A stretch of 63,921 nt of DNA, counting the filler, from Octopus bimaculoides (Eukaryota), in assembly GCF_001194135.2 (NCBI RefSeq). It is 6 parts of 5 records of this genome, joined end to end, with 100 filler letters (N's around TTAATTAATTAA, not from the genome) between each part and the next. Parts side by side here need not be neighbours in the genome. Positions count along the whole stretch, not along the records: positions 19,238 to 38,162 come from NC_068989.1; positions 38,263 to 49,654 come from NC_068993.1; 4 more parts are not named here. One strand, given 5' to 3'. Both the position numbers and the translations under genes were made by a program. The notes under the pieces are model-generated. The model saw only the letters and a program-made list of their open reading frames with translations, made no database searches and was not told the origin of the DNA. Positions 27,040 through 40,703 of the stretch are shown here, one piece after another. Each line of letters starts with the position of its first letter. Within the stretch, counting starts at the first letter, position 1.

Positions 27040-27165
27040 TGACGAGTTTATTTCGGTTTCCGTCTCCCAAATCTACTCACTCAGCCTGGAGCTAAGGTAG
27101 AAGGCACTTGCCCAAAATGACACGAAGCAGGACTGAACCCGGAACCATGTGATTGGGCAACAGAC
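27040..27165 (-). mobile_element. SINE family A head fragment (diverged)
   Basis: Reverse complement resembles 8980-9147. Confidence 0.7.
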
Positions 27166-28908
27166 TTTTGTTAACATTTGTTGCTTGGTTTTAAATTTCG
27201 TGGATGTGTATTTGTGTGTGTGTGTGTGTGTGTACTTGTACGTATGCACGTATGCTTTAGGATTCACATGAGAGAGAAAAATAAACTCAGTACATCTGTT
27301 CGGATTTTTAGATCCGGCGTGCCGCCTCCTTCTCTACGTTCCTCATTTTCCATACTTCCCTAATCAGCAGTCTATTTTGCAAATAATAAATAAGTAAAAT
27401 CTAGAAAATACTGAAATTATTGGACTTGCATTGTCTTCATTAGTTTCTGGACGTGTAGTTGATGCTGTTTTTGATGTAGTTAATTTTGTTTTTGTCATTG
27501 TTACTACTTTTGTTGTTTTCCTTGTTATTGTTCATGTTGTTTAAACACAAGTCAGCCATAACCGAGATCTATGATAAAAAGAAACCCAAGCAAGACAAAA
27601 TTGCTTAGAGGTGGTATGAAGGACTACATTATAAAATATGTTTTTCCTTCTTGAAAGACAATAGAATGTAGTTTGAAGGGCGGGAAATATGGTTACAATA
27701 TACATAGCAGGTTGGGTGATCATGCGGAGGCTTTGTCATTAGTTTTACTATGTCCGACGAAGACTCATAGGAATCTGTTGGTGACCTGCGTCGGCAAAAA
27801 CTATAAAGAGCAGTACATGAACTGGGATAAGTTAGTATATTGTGTGTGAGATTATAAAATTTCAGAGATATTGCTTTGTATGAGAAAGAACGAAATATTT
27901 TCAGTTGATAGGTTTGAAATAATAGTTTTTCCTCTTCTCCACACGAAGTACGAACTTGATGATATCTATTTGACTTTCTCGTTATCTGGTTAATTCACCG
28001 GTTATTGTTTTAGTGCATTATGCACATAAAATTCCAGAATAATTAGTTTAAACATTTTATGAGAAAAGTTAAACAAAGGAAAAGTGAGTGAATGAAACTG
28101 TTAGATTTTTTTGTGCTTCTTTTTTGACAATATTAAATATTTTTTATATTTTTATTTTATTTGATTTGATTAACAAAATAAAGTGTATTGAATTAATGAT
28201 TCAAAGCTTTGATTACCTTTTCAATATGGAAGATAAGAATTATCGCAGACGTTTTTTTAATGCATTCAAAGACATTGGTAATATTTCAAAAACAATCTTA
28301 ACGATACGTATTGATTTTTTTGATATTCTCACGCCCTCAGATTTTTTTTGCGATATTCATGTCTCTTTTGCGGCGTATATATNNNNNNNNNNNNNNNNNN
28401 NNNNNNNNNNNNNNNNNNNNNNNNNNNNNNNNNNNNNNNNNNNNNNNNNNNNNNNNNNNNNNNNNNNNNNNNNNNNNNNNNNNNNNNNNNNNNNNNNNNN
28501 NNNNNNNNNNNNNNNNNNNNNNNNNNNNNNNNNNNNNNNNNNNNNNNNNNNNNNNNNNNNNNNNNNNNNNNNNNNNNNNNNNNNNNNNNNNNNNNNNNNN
28601 NNNNNNNNNNNNNNNNNNNNNNNNNNNNNNNNNNNNNNNNNNNNNNNNNNNNNNNNNNNNNNNNNNNNNNNNNNNNNNNNNNNNNNNNNNNNNNNNNNNN
28701 NNNNNNNNNNNNNNNNNNNNNNNNNNNNNNNNNNNNNNNNNNNNNNNNNNNNNNNNNNNNNNNNNNNNNNNNNNNNNNNNNNNNNNNNNNNNNNNNNNNN
28801 NNNNNNNNNNNNNNNNNNNNNNNNNNNNNNNNNNNNNNNNNNNNNNNNNNNNNNNNNNNNNNNNNNNNNNNNNNNNNNNNNNNNNNATATATACATATAT
28901 ATACATAT

Positions 28909-29465
28909 AAAAAATCAAAATAAGCAACACGGATTTCAAAGGTGGTTGCAGTACACACGTTTCATGCTACTCCATTTATTTAAGTAATGCGAGCATTACA
29001 TTAAATGCAATATGTAGAGCAATCTTCAGCTGCACGAAAATGCAGAAAAATACAGAAAAAAAATGCAGAAAATTACAGTAGAATAGACATATTATAATTG
29101 TGGCAACATTTCAAATCCAAGTGGGAGGAAGAATACAACTGTCAGAGACAGTTAGAATTTTTGCCTAGAACCAATTACTAGCCTGATAGACTTGGCTATG
29201 TCAAGATGGATTTTATGTATTCTTCCTCCCACTTGGATTTGAAATGTTGCCACAATTATAATATGTCTATTCTACTGTAATTTTCTGCATTTTTTTTTCT
29301 ACTTTTTTTTCTGCATTTTTCTGCATTTTCGTGCAGCTGAAGATTACTCTACATATTGCATTTAATGTAATGCTCGCATTACTTAAATAAATGGAGTAGC
29401 ATGAAACGTGCGTACTGCAACCACCTTTGAAATCCGTGTTGCTTATTTTGATTTTTTGATCACCT
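28909..29465. mobile_element. Foldback/MITE copy 2 (spacer in opposite orientation, left tip lost)
   Basis: Same arm sequence as 26235-26736. The spacer contains the reverse complement of copy 1's 37-bp unit. Confidence 0.9.
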
Positions 29466-29751
29466 AGTTTTTTGGACTGGTTTTTATATAATACCANNNN
29501 NNNNNNNNNNNNNNNNNNNNNNNNNNNNNNNNNNNNNNNNNNNNNNNNNNNNNNNNNNNNNNNNNNNNNNNNNNNNNNNNNNNNNNNNNNNNNNNNNNNN
29601 NNNNNNNNNNNNNNNNNNNNNNNNNNNNNNNNNNNNNNNNNNNNNNNNNNNNNNNNNNNNNNNNNNNNNNNNNNNNNNNNNNNNNNNNNNNNNNNNNNNN
29701 NNNNNNNNNNNNNNNNNNNNNNNNNNNNNNNNNNNNNNNNNNNNNGTATAT

Positions 29752-29786
<35 letters not shown>

Positions 29787-29789
<3 letters not shown>

Positions 29790-29957
29790 GAGAATTTACG
29801 AAAACAACAACAACAGACGAGGACAGGTGGTGTAAACAACAAAAGGATGTATTAGTTTAACGCTCGGGAATAGAGAAAGTCTTTAACGTTTCGAGCTACG
29901 CTCTTCAACAGAAAGAATAAGGAGAAAAACAAAGAGAAAAACACGGAGAAAAAAATT
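29787..29957 (-). mobile_element. Short non-coding repeat carrying a minimal hammerhead-like motif
   Basis: Homologous to 59898-60048. Minus strand reads TCTTT-CTGTTGA-A-GAGC-GTA-GCTC-GAAA-CGTT-AAAGA at 29880-29916. Confidence 0.75.
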
Positions 29958-30169
29958 TGAATGTTGTGGTCAACGATGTGTATATATATATATATACATA
30001 CACACGCGCGCACGCGCATATATATATATATGCATATTGGATGTTATTATAAACCACTGATCTCAATGTGCTTCCTCGTACTGTTGTATCCTTTGAAAGA
30101 TGCCATACTGCTGGAAGACAAGCAGGTCAATATCCTTGAACAGAACACCAGTCCATTGCAGGGTTACCT

Positions 30170-30304
30170 ATTTACTGATGAGTGGACTTGAACAACACAA
30201 ATTGAATTATTTTGCTCAAGAAAACAACTCACTGCCAGTCTGAGAATCGAAACCATGATCTCGCGGTCGATAGTGCAACACCACTAACTGCTAGGCCATG
30301 CGCC
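30170..30304 (-). mobile_element. tRNA-derived SINE head (family D-like)
   Basis: Minus strand GGCGCATGGCCTAGCAGTTAG...GGTTTCGATTC...TTCTTGAGCAA. Head similar to 60471. Confidence 0.75.
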
Positions 30305-30340
30305 TTTAGATATATATTATCAATATGTATAGTACATATA

Positions 30341-30545
30341 AGCTGGCAAGCTGACAGAATCGTAAGCGCACCGGGAAAAATGCTTAGTGGTATTTTTTCG
30401 TCTTTACTTTCTGAGTCCAAATTCCTCAGAGGTTGACTTTGCCCTTCATCCTTTCGGGTCGATAAAATACCAGTTTATTACTGGGATCGATGCAATCGAC
30501 TTCCCCCTCCCAGGAAATCGTTGGCCTTGTGCCCAAATTTGATAT
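30341..30545 (+). mobile_element. SINE family B
   Basis: Homologous to 40421-40655. Confidence 0.85.
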
Positions 30546-33500
30546 CAATATATACTGTTCACTAGACGCAAGTATAGTTAAAGCTCTCTTCATAATCATG
30601 ATGTCCTCGGTTTAATCCCTCTGTGTACCATTTTGAGCAAGTATTTTTACCATAGTCGCTTTTTTGCCCAAGCTTTGTGAAAGAATTTTGGATAGAATTT
30701 TGTGGATGCATTTTGGTGAAATGTTCCTGTACTTCAAAGGACCGGTCGAGCTGATTCTCTCAAAGAATTGCGTTAAGATCACACATATAAGTGAAATGCT
30801 CATTTACTTAACGAGTTGTTCAGTTGATAGAACAACGGAATGCTCATGATCGAAACCAACGATTGCTCCATTATCACTATACGTTACTAACACTGTAAGC
30901 TGAACAATATCATCCCCATGTCATTAAATATCTAAAAGAAGTCACAGTTACTACGATTAAAACTTTTCGAGCTGTATTTAGATATCTACGCAGTACAGGT
31001 CTGAAGACTTAAACTTTAATTTCTAAACTAAGAGTACTAACTTTTGGTAAAACTATTCCACAGACTTATACACAAGGGATTTCAAAGATTCCTGATATTT
31101 AAAGCAACAGTCAAGTAGATAAGAGAGTTACCACTCTTTGTTTAGAAATAAATACTCTGAGTTTGAATACGGTCCAGTACAATATACATATATATACATT
31201 TCCAGTAATAAGGTACTTGGTAACCGTCAATAACCAAGCAGAAGGAAATGACCGTAGATTAATATATTTAAACTATATATTTCATCTCCAAAGATGAATG
31301 TAACATTCTGAAAATTTATAATCAGGCTACCTGTAAAATACTCGGATCGACAAAAAGCCTCTACGTGTTCGCTCGATTTGCTAGAAAGGGCGAACTCCCA
31401 CAATTTACACCCTACATCTTAAAGATATAAAGGATAGCCATAAGTGGGCCTGCTCGATAAGAGACCTTGGTCAAAACAGCAATAACGTTATACTTTTCCA
31501 AAGCATTATAGTCCGGTGGAGTAGCTTTGTTATAGCTTTAGCCGACCTTAATCAAACTTATGATCAAATATGTGCCATCTCTTACTACCACATCTTTTCT
31601 TCACGCATCAAGCATAGTATATCCAGGATTACATTATTCAGTATGTCTGTCCTTTCTTTAAGACGATACAGTGTGAATTTGTGGACATTTAGCTCTAAGT
31701 TAGGCAAAGTAAGCCCGAAATCTTTAGGTCACAGTTGAAACACTTTTCATCATAGGTTTACTTATTCATGGCAATAACAACAACATTGCAGCAACATTAT
31801 GACAGATATATTGTTTCATGCGAGACAATATACGACGCCGGCAATATCGTCACAAAAACAATAAGCGCAACATTTATCAAGAGAATTCTATTGTAACATT
31901 ATCTACCTAGATGCAATCAAGATGACTATGAGGTGTTTGTCATAACTAAAGCAAAGTGTTATAGTTCTGATAAACTATAAACATAAGAGATAGCATGTAA
32001 CAGCTTTGCTTTCACATGATAGATCTAATAAACAAACTAGAAACACTTCTGACCAGTTTGGTTTGTTTTTATTTTTGTCTTTTATATATTTCTTTCGAAT
32101 GAATATAATATATTATTATCGCATAACGATAGTTTATAACAGATCCTGCTTTTGATTTCGTCATGCGACGAGAAATCATAAAAACATTAACTACAAGCTT
32201 TGTTGTATAAACAATATAAATATGTGTTTGACTTGTGTGTGTGTGTATGTGTGTGTGTGTATGTGTGTGTGTGCGCGCGCGCGTGACTACATGCACATAT
32301 ACATACATACATAAGTTGTTAATGTGGTGGAGCTAGTGTAAGTATATCTATAAATGCTCCTGAAATACTTCTATCCTTTCCTCTCATTACCAATCACATC
32401 CTCCTCAGTAACTCGTACCTCAGGTCGCCTTTTTACACCAACTGCCTCTCTGAATAAATGAAATGGGTAGTGTAAGGAGAAAAGAGCGCTGTCTGACAAG
32501 TGAGAGTATCATCTAATCTGCTTTCTGTATCACCATTTAACAAACCGGAAAATGTAGATCCAACTGGCTGCTGATAGTGGTGAAGATAGTGGTATAAGAG
32601 TCAAGTTTCTTGCAGATATGTATGGGATAATTTTTATATAAATGATCAATCTTACTTTCACTTGTGGGTATTGCTATTAGAGAACGGGTGGTAATAAAAT
32701 TATCAGTTTGGTGTCATACGGAGTAAAACTATTACTGTTCGATGTTGCCAGATATTTTTCCAAAAGAAGGAGTGCTTTCAGTGAGACATGGCTTGCATTT
32801 TCTCTATTTGCATATGAATTTACTGTTTCGACGATTCTCCAGTTTATAGTGATGTTGTTAATTCCACTTTACTTCACTTCTTGAACACAATTGAAATAAA
32901 GAGGTGCATTTTAGTCTGTTACTGCTTCTGCAAAATTGAGTGTGTTGTGTGTAGCGTTCTTAAAAAAAAAAATTCCGTTATTTCCATGAAGCCTTTCCCG
33001 AAAAGATCTGCATATTGTATCTTTGCTATATACACAACTATATTTGTAAGGTACTTGCAGTTAATTGAGCAATGCCTAACGTTGCTGAAAATGCATTCTA
33101 GCCAATAGGATTGAGTTGATACTTGAGATGCAATAAAATTTTACAGATGTAACTAACCTAAACACTGTTCTTATTGGAAATGTTTTGTTTATGTGCTAAG
33201 AGCTAACGCTTATTTATCAAGGATGCAAAGCTACCGGTAATAGTGGGTAAACCATACGATGTTTATTTTTCTATTTCTAAAGTTTAACAACGCATTCTAG
33301 TTTTTTTTGTGCGCCGTTTGCAGCTAACGTGTCGTTATGGTAGGATGCGGTTCACTGGATTATACTCTTTTGGAAGAAAGATTCCAAGCATTCCGATGTA
33401 TGTTACTTACTAAAATATTGTTATGATAATAACGAAGGTGGTTAGAGTTTTCTATTTCTATAAAGCTACATATTACTTTCTATAGGAGTAGCGCTTGCCT

Positions 33501-33699
33501 ACATTCAGATCTAATATAATGTTTAAACATTTAATGATTCTAAGGCTAGTGCAAATGTCTATTTTTAAATTATATAAAATAAATATATTTATTTAATTTT
33601 ACTGAAAATTTATCAATAGGATGGCCATTGAAATTGTGGGACGTTATCAGCCAGTCGTCCATATTTAGTCCTATACATGTCAATGCTTTTACTTGCTTC

Positions 33700-33860
33700 A
33701 ATTACAGGACTGCGGTAATTGAAAATCACTGCTTTTACTCGGAAACTTAACTTCAAAGATTTCGCGCGTTTGCTTAACAGAATCCGTTCTCACATACGCT
33801 TCCACAATCTCCACTCTTTCAGCTACTGAGTACGTCAACATGCAGAAAAGGCTAGATGCG
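33700..33860 (-). mobile_element. Tc1/mariner-group transposase N-terminal HTH remnant (DUF4817-like)
   Basis: Minus frame MLTYSVAERVEIVEAYVRTDSVKQTREIFEVKFP resembles the YSxEERxxIVExY...S...RxF..F HTH. Truncated. Confidence 0.65.
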
Positions 33861-35368
33861 TTCTCTCAATCCAATCTTGCAGAAAAGGCTAGAAAAGTTC
33901 ACTCAATGCAATCTTACGATCAACTAATGTGGTGAGGAGCCAGTGAGGATAACATAGCAAGCAGTCGACTAGAGTCCCATCTTTGTTCAGCAGTTATAAG
34001 CGGTCGAAATAACACAATGACATTTGCAAACGAAAGACTAGGTGCTTTTTTGTGTGTGTAAATTTATTTCTGTATTTACACTATGCTTCAGAACCCAGGG
34101 TACTTTTTCGCCCTTCCTTTGAATCACAATTTAGTGTGATCTGTACAGAATATTAATAATGTACCATTTTATCTATATCCAACAAAAGTAAAGAGATCTC
34201 AATGTAATACATGATGAAATCCCACTTAATATTTTGTTTTCACAAGATATCTATTTGCTACAATTAAGCAGCATGTATTTAAAGAAATCACTTAGTTCAC
34301 TGCTCCTGTTTCTTGATATACATACAGACATATTTCTGTTTATGACTACAATAATTCGACAACATGTACGACTTCAAATAAATGGGTTGACACAATCAAT
34401 GTGCAATTAATTTCTGATCCAGATAATTAAACAATCATATTTTGGTCGAATTGTCTGATAGGCTATATCTAACATTTCCATCCTGTGAGGAAACAGTATT
34501 GAGTATTACTGAAAGGGTGCTTTCATTTTCGAAATAGTGTAAGACACTTTTGCATTTAATTTCCTACCAAATTATGATAAATGTGATGACAGCTGTACAA
34601 ATTCTTTTCCAAGGTTTGGGAATTGATATTAAGAGTATTTCTTGCAAAATGTTTCATATACATCCATCGTCTATATAACTTTGAAAATAAAGTTCTGAAG
34701 GGGAGGAGTAGACATTGCATAGAGTTTTAAAATAAAACTGGAAGGCCATTACTTAACATAAGCGCAGTTTATTGATTCCGTTACATTGTATTCAGTTGTG
34801 ATTGTAAGTTGGGCTGGCTTGAAAAGAGATTGTCTTAGAAGAGAAGATAACCAAATACGTGATTTATTGGTCTCTCTTCGTCACGAAGAAATCACGTTTC
34901 ATACTGTTCCCTGAGGCAAAGGAAAACAAAACAAGATTGTCGATATTCAAACCACCTTGATTCTGTTTTTATATAAATAGGCGTATACGTTTATATGTAA
35001 GTATGTATGTATGTATGTATGTATGTATGTATGTATGTATATATATATATNNNNNNNNNNNNNNNNNNNNNNNNNNNNNNNNNNNNNNNNNNNNNNNNNN
35101 NNNNNNNNNNNNNNNNNNNNNNNNNNNNNNNNNNNNNNNNNNNNNNNNNNNNNNNNNNNNNNNNNNNNNNNNNNNNNNNNNNNNNNNNNNNNNNNNNNNN
35201 NNNNNNNNNNNNNNNNNNNNNNNNNNNNNNNNNNNNNNNNNNNNNNNNNNNNNNNNNNNNNNNNNNNNNNNNNNNNNNNNNNNNNNNNNNNNNNNNNNNN
35301 NNNNNNNNNNNNNNNNNNNNNNNNNNNNNNNNNNNNNNNNNNNNNNNNNNNNNNNNNNNNNNNNNNNN

Positions 35369-35443
<75 letters not shown>

Positions 35444-35469
35444 TAAAGGAAAGACGGAAGATGGAATAT

Positions 35470-35625
35470 ACGAAGAATTTATTATTAATCACGACACATG
35501 TTTCGACACATTTAGCATCAATCCCTCACGTTTGGGACACTCAACAACTGATTCAGAAGCATCCGGCGGTTCAGATGCTTCTCATGGGGTGATAAATACA
35601 CACAACTCGTTAAAAACAGTTTCGC
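35470..35625 (-). mobile_element. Short repeat with an extended hammerhead-like fold, copy 1
   Basis: Homologous to 41750-41915 on the opposite strand. Reads ATCAC-CCCATGA-GA...GTC-GAAA-CATGT-GTC-GTGAT. Confidence 0.55.
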
Positions 35626-36248
35626 AAAGTGTCTTCTCATTTCGTAGAAAGGAATGCAGCAAAACGAAGGAAATATCTTCATTTATATAGAAGTTCAAAA
35701 TTAAAATCACAGATGCAAAAAGGAAACGAACACGCAATACAGCGAGAAAAGTATTTAAAATAACCGTTAGCAAATATGGATGCATAAACGCCTTCGGGCA
35801 AGCTGCATGGCGCGTGTAGACTCGCTAATAGAAGCATCCGCGAAAATGTAAGCATATGCACACATATGGTTTCGTGCACTCACGATCACAAAGCGAGTTA
35901 AATAGCTACTTGGTGTTTATAAGAATGGGGATGTTAAAACTAAACTTAATTCATCCATACCTTAAAGTAAATTATGTTAAAAGTTATTCAAATTCATTCC
36001 TACAACATTGTGCGAAAGTACGTTTATACGCGTATAGACATCTTGAGAGTCTTTCAGAAATTCTATTAATGATTCTCTCATTGATTCAAGCTTGAGACTA
36101 TATATATATATACACATATATGTGTGTGTGTGCGTGTAATGTATATATTAGTTTTAGGTGTTGTATACACCTAAAACTATGTGTGTTGTATACACACATA
36201 CATATATATACATATATATGGACATAACAGACACGCACCTCACACACA

Positions 36249-36290
<42 letters not shown>

Positions 36291-36899
36291 NNNNNNNNNN
36301 NNNNNNNNNNNNNNNNNNNNNNNNNNNNNNNNNNNNNNNNNNNNNNNNNNNNNNNNNNNNNNNNNNNNNNNNNNNNNNNNNNNNNNNNNNNNNNNNNNNN
36401 NNNNNNNNNNNNNNNNNNNNNNNNNNNNNNNNNNNNNNNNNNNNNNNNNNNNNNNNNNNNNNNNNNNNNNNNNNNNNNNNNNNNNNNNNNNNNNNNNNNN
36501 NNNNNNNNNNNNNNNNNNNNNNNNNNNNNNNNNTATATATAATATATAGTTTTAGGGAAAATAACCAAGTTTCAAGAACTCATCGATGAAAATCCACTAT
36601 CACTATTTGATTTTTTATATATACTTTATCTATAAAGCTCAATTTAATTTTGATTTTTTATAAATTGATTTTAATTGAGTTTTTACCTGTAATTTTGGAT
36701 ATTGTCCCTAATACTGTTATATATATATATATATATTTACGTACAAACATACCCATAGGTACATACATATTTCGTGTGTTGAGAAGGGAGGATTACTGTA
36801 GTAGTTCGTATTTTTCTTTTTATATAATTATAATAATTATACACAAACACATATATATATATACATATAAATATACGATATGTTTTCTATTGAGGGCTT

Positions 36900-37350
36900 G
36901 AGATAAAGGTCCATAATAAGTGGGTTAGAGTTTATATTAATACCTGTGTTATTAGTCGGTACGAAAAGTAATAAATTTCCGGGTATTAGTCAAGATACTT
37001 TATTATTTTCCGTTACTTTTTGTTTATCGAGTTGCTGAAATCTGCGGGAAGTGGGGAGGTGGTTATGGTCAGTCCTGTAATCTAATTGGTCATTTATTGT
37101 TTTGAAAGGCCATGACTTTGTTATGGTTGGTTGATGGATAACCGATAACATAAATAGCAAAGTAGACAAAAATATATAAATGTATACAGATAAAAAACAA
37201 ATATTCCAAGGTTGACTATTAGTTAACTATTAGTTGGAAGGATAGTAAAAGTGCATAAAGAAATTAATATAGGGACTTGATTCTATTATATTATATTAAA
37301 TTAAGTTAAGTTATGCTAACTTACACAATATATAAGAAAAATGTGGATAA

Positions 37351-37414
<64 letters not shown>

Positions 37415-37700
37415 TAGTATTTTAGGTTAAAGTGATATTACTAAGGGGATATTGTTTTAATAGATTGCATATGAAAAATAAGTTATTACAAATTTATATA
37501 AAAAAGCAGTATATAATAACACATGTATCTGTCTAATTAGGGGAATCATTTGTATATATATTAAACCATAGGGGTAATATACGGTAATATAGGGTTATAT
37601 GTTGGAAGTTATTCGGACCAAATTAAAATAAGGGACAAAAGACCAAAAGTGACCGTACAAGTTGTTTCACTAAGTTGTTATTTATCGCTAAAATTTTGTT
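36900..37700 (-). mobile_element. Highly decayed PLE remnant interrupted by (TA)n
   Basis: Short motif LPTYNPILPYI resembles the PLE xTYNPxLP linker. Little else is readable. Confidence 0.3.
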
Positions 37701-38262
37701 TAAAATTATTCTCCGATAATATACATTAACTGCAACGTTCCATGCAACAGTGTTTAGTTACTAAATTAATGAACCAACTCAATATATATCCTCATATATC
37801 CTCTTTTATATATGAGTCACTTCATTAATGAACCAATCAGTCATTCAGTCCTTTAAAATATTTATCCGCCTATTTATTCAGTTAATTACTTTTAATGAGA
37901 TATTTAAGAGGGGTGGAGTTGGGGTTTATTCATCTATAAATAGAATGAAGGAAGGTAACTCTGGATTATTAAGGTTTATAATTAGAATAATAACATACTC
38001 AAAAATTTAGGTCCATTATTCAATCAATCAATCAATTGATTAATTAATTAATTAATTAGTTAATTATTTCATTAATTTATTGGTTCTGTAACGGGGTTGC
38101 ATATCAATGCCTGTGTTTATATACATACATATGTATATACAATACATATATATATATATACANNNNNNNNNNNNNNNNNNNNNNNNNNNNNNNNNNNNNN
38201 NNNNNNTTAATTAATTAANNNNNNNNNNNNNNNNNNNNNNNNNNNNNNNNNNNNNNNNNNNN

Positions 38263-38293
<31 letters not shown>

Positions 38294-38549
38294 TCATATA
38301 AATATGTATGCATGTATATATTACGTATGTATATACAACCAAACACCAAGCCAGCCCGCCAGCCATATCGTGTGTGTCTATGTCTGCGTGTGTGTGAGAG
38401 AGAGAGAGTGTGTGAGAGAGTGCGTATATGTATGTGTAAGTATATGCATGTATATATTTGCCGGTTTTTTATAAGCGTACTGTCTCCTTGTTCGCCTATA
38501 TGCATTTAAAGATTCAATATGTAAGCACTTGCTTTCCATATTAAACATT

Positions 38550-38860
38550 AACAGTCTTGTGTTAGTTATGCTTTAGATTCTCGACTCTCGGTGCGTTATG
38601 TCCTTGAGCAAGACCCTTCATTTCACTTCACTCCAATCCACTCAACTGGTAATGAGTTTCAGTGGCCCCTAAGGGTTGATGTGTGACTGATTGGCGTGCC
38701 GCTCAGTAAGATGTCCGGTATCCACAGTGGTCTAAAATGTTTAAAGAATCCGAACAATTTAATGAGCCAGTGTACACGAGGCGAATATTCATATGCGTTT
38801 ATTGAACATCTGTGGAAGACTAAAGGATTTTGCATACGTGTTTGCATCGCAAGTACGTTT
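38550..38860 (+). mobile_element. Diverged SINE remnant
   Basis: GTCCTTGAGCAAGACCCTTCATTTCAC..CCACTCAACTG is similar to the post-head segment at 30170-30215. Confidence 0.55.
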
Positions 38861-39254
38861 GTGCATATAAATTTGATGAGAGAAATACTTTACGGAATTC
38901 GACGCCATTTTCTGATGCTGTAACTAGTAAGAATTGATACGAGCATGCGTTTAGTATGTATGTGTGTGAGAGAGAGGGAGAGAGTGTATGTGTGTGAGAG
39001 AGAGGGAGAGAGTGTTTGTGTGTGTGAGAGAGGGAGAGAGTGTTTGTGTGTGTGTGTGTCTGTGTGTGTGTGCCTGTACGTGTTTGTGTAAGTGAGTGGG
39101 GTTGGGGCTGTGTTTGTGATAGATGGACAAGAGAGTGAGATAAAGGCAGGTAGACATACAGGATTAGAAAGAGACAGGACAGAAAGCAAAACTCTGAAAT
39201 GGAGAAAAAAAAGTTTAAAAGGGGAGTTAGGGACAAATATAGGTACATATATAT

Positions 39255-39529
39255 AGGTGTGTGAACATGTGTGATTGTGTGTGCATTTGCGTGTGTGTTT
39301 GTGTATGTGTGTGTGTGTGTGTGTATGTGTGTGTGTGTGTGTGTGTGGNNNNNNNNNNGTGTATGTGTGTGTGTGTGTGTGTATGTGTGTGTGTGTGTGT
39401 GTGTGGACAGAAAGAAGGAAAGAAAGAATTAATGAATGAATGAATGAAAGAGAGAAAGAAAGACGGAATGAGACAGATAAGCGAACAGATAGGCAGACAG
39501 ACAGACTGACTGGATACATAGATAGACAG

Positions 39530-39593
<64 letters not shown>

Positions 39594-39700
39594 ATGGATG
39601 AATAGACAGAGAGACAGCAGACAGACAGATAGAAGAGCGAAAGAGACAGAGAAACAAATACGATGACAGAGAGGACGAGAAATAGAAAGATAGATAGATT

Positions 39701-39789
<89 letters not shown>

Positions 39790-39805
39790 GTAGATATATA
39801 TATAT

Positions 39806-39857
<52 letters not shown>
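39255..39857. repeat. Compound microsatellite block (TG)n, (AG)n, (ATAG)n, (ACAG)n
   Basis: Directly visible. Confidence 0.95.
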
Positions 39858-39859
<2 letters not shown>

Positions 39860-39903
39860 AAGCTGAACGAGCAAAAATAAAAGAAAGTAAAGATTTATTT
39901 CAG

Positions 39904-40053
39904 ACAAAACAACGGGATCTGTCTAATGTCATTACGACTTGGCGGGTTGTGACAGCGTCTGACTCAGCTGTGATTTACCACACATTCATGAAACTGCTAA
40001 CTAAAACCATGTGTGACGCGTGCACCGACACAGCAGTTCACACGGAAAACCAT
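39904..40053 (+). CDS. Candidate 150-nt phase 0-0 exon, unknown protein
   Basis: Acceptor TTTATTTCAG, 50 open codons (TKQRDLSNVITTWRVVTASDSAVIYHTFMKLLTKTMCDACTDTAVHTENH) and donor CAT|GTGAGT, in a unique higher-GC island. Confidence 0.3.
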
Positions 40054-40420
40054 GTGAGTGTAGTTAACATATGTGAATACAACCCCATGTTGAAACCTAA
40101 GACTAAATCCCTCCCATTCTCATTCTAATTATCCATAGTGTTAAGAAGGGAAGGAATTGTAGACACTCTTCAGCAGGATGGATCGTGTTTATATCTTAGG
40201 CTTTTGTCCCACAGTTCTTGTTCATACAACTGATCGTCAGGTGTACCACATTACGCACTTACTTTATATTATGGACATATTAGATGTGTGTATGTACGTA
40301 TGTATGTACGTATGTATGTATGTGTGTATGTATATGTGTATGTGTGTATGCATGTGTGTGTGCATATATGTATATATTTATATATGCGTATATAATATAA
40401 GGCGTATAATATGTATATAA

Positions 40421-40655
40421 GGCGGCGAGCTGGCAGAGACGTTAGCGCGCCGGGCGAAATGCTCAGCGGTATTTCGTCTGCCGTTACGTTCTGAGTTCAT
40501 ATTCCACCGAGGTCAACTTTGCCTTTCGTCCTTTCGGGGTCGATAAATAAAGTACCAGTTACGCACTTGGGTCGATGTAATCGACTTAATCCCTTCGTCT
40601 ACCCTTGTTTGTCCCCTCTCTGTTTAGCCCTTTGTGGGCTAAACATAGAGGGGAC
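40421..40655 (+). mobile_element. SINE family B, well preserved
   Basis: GGCGGCGAGCTGGCAGA head, GTTCTGAGTTCA B-box-like motif and core CTTTCGGGGTCGATAAATAAAGTACCAG. Confidence 0.9.
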
Positions 40656-40666
40656 ATATGTGCGTG

Positions 40667-40703
<37 letters not shown>

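Noticed and set aside
34440-34560. Minus-strand cadherin-like snippet ENESTLSVILNTVSSQDGNVRYSLSD (similar snippet near 42600)
   Set aside because: Bounded by in-frame stops with no usable donor site. Likely pattern over-fitting in AT-rich DNA.
34855-34900. Hairpin with GAAACGT..TGACGAAG, possible permuted hammerhead
   Set aside because: Cleavage triplet and stems do not fit any hammerhead topology.
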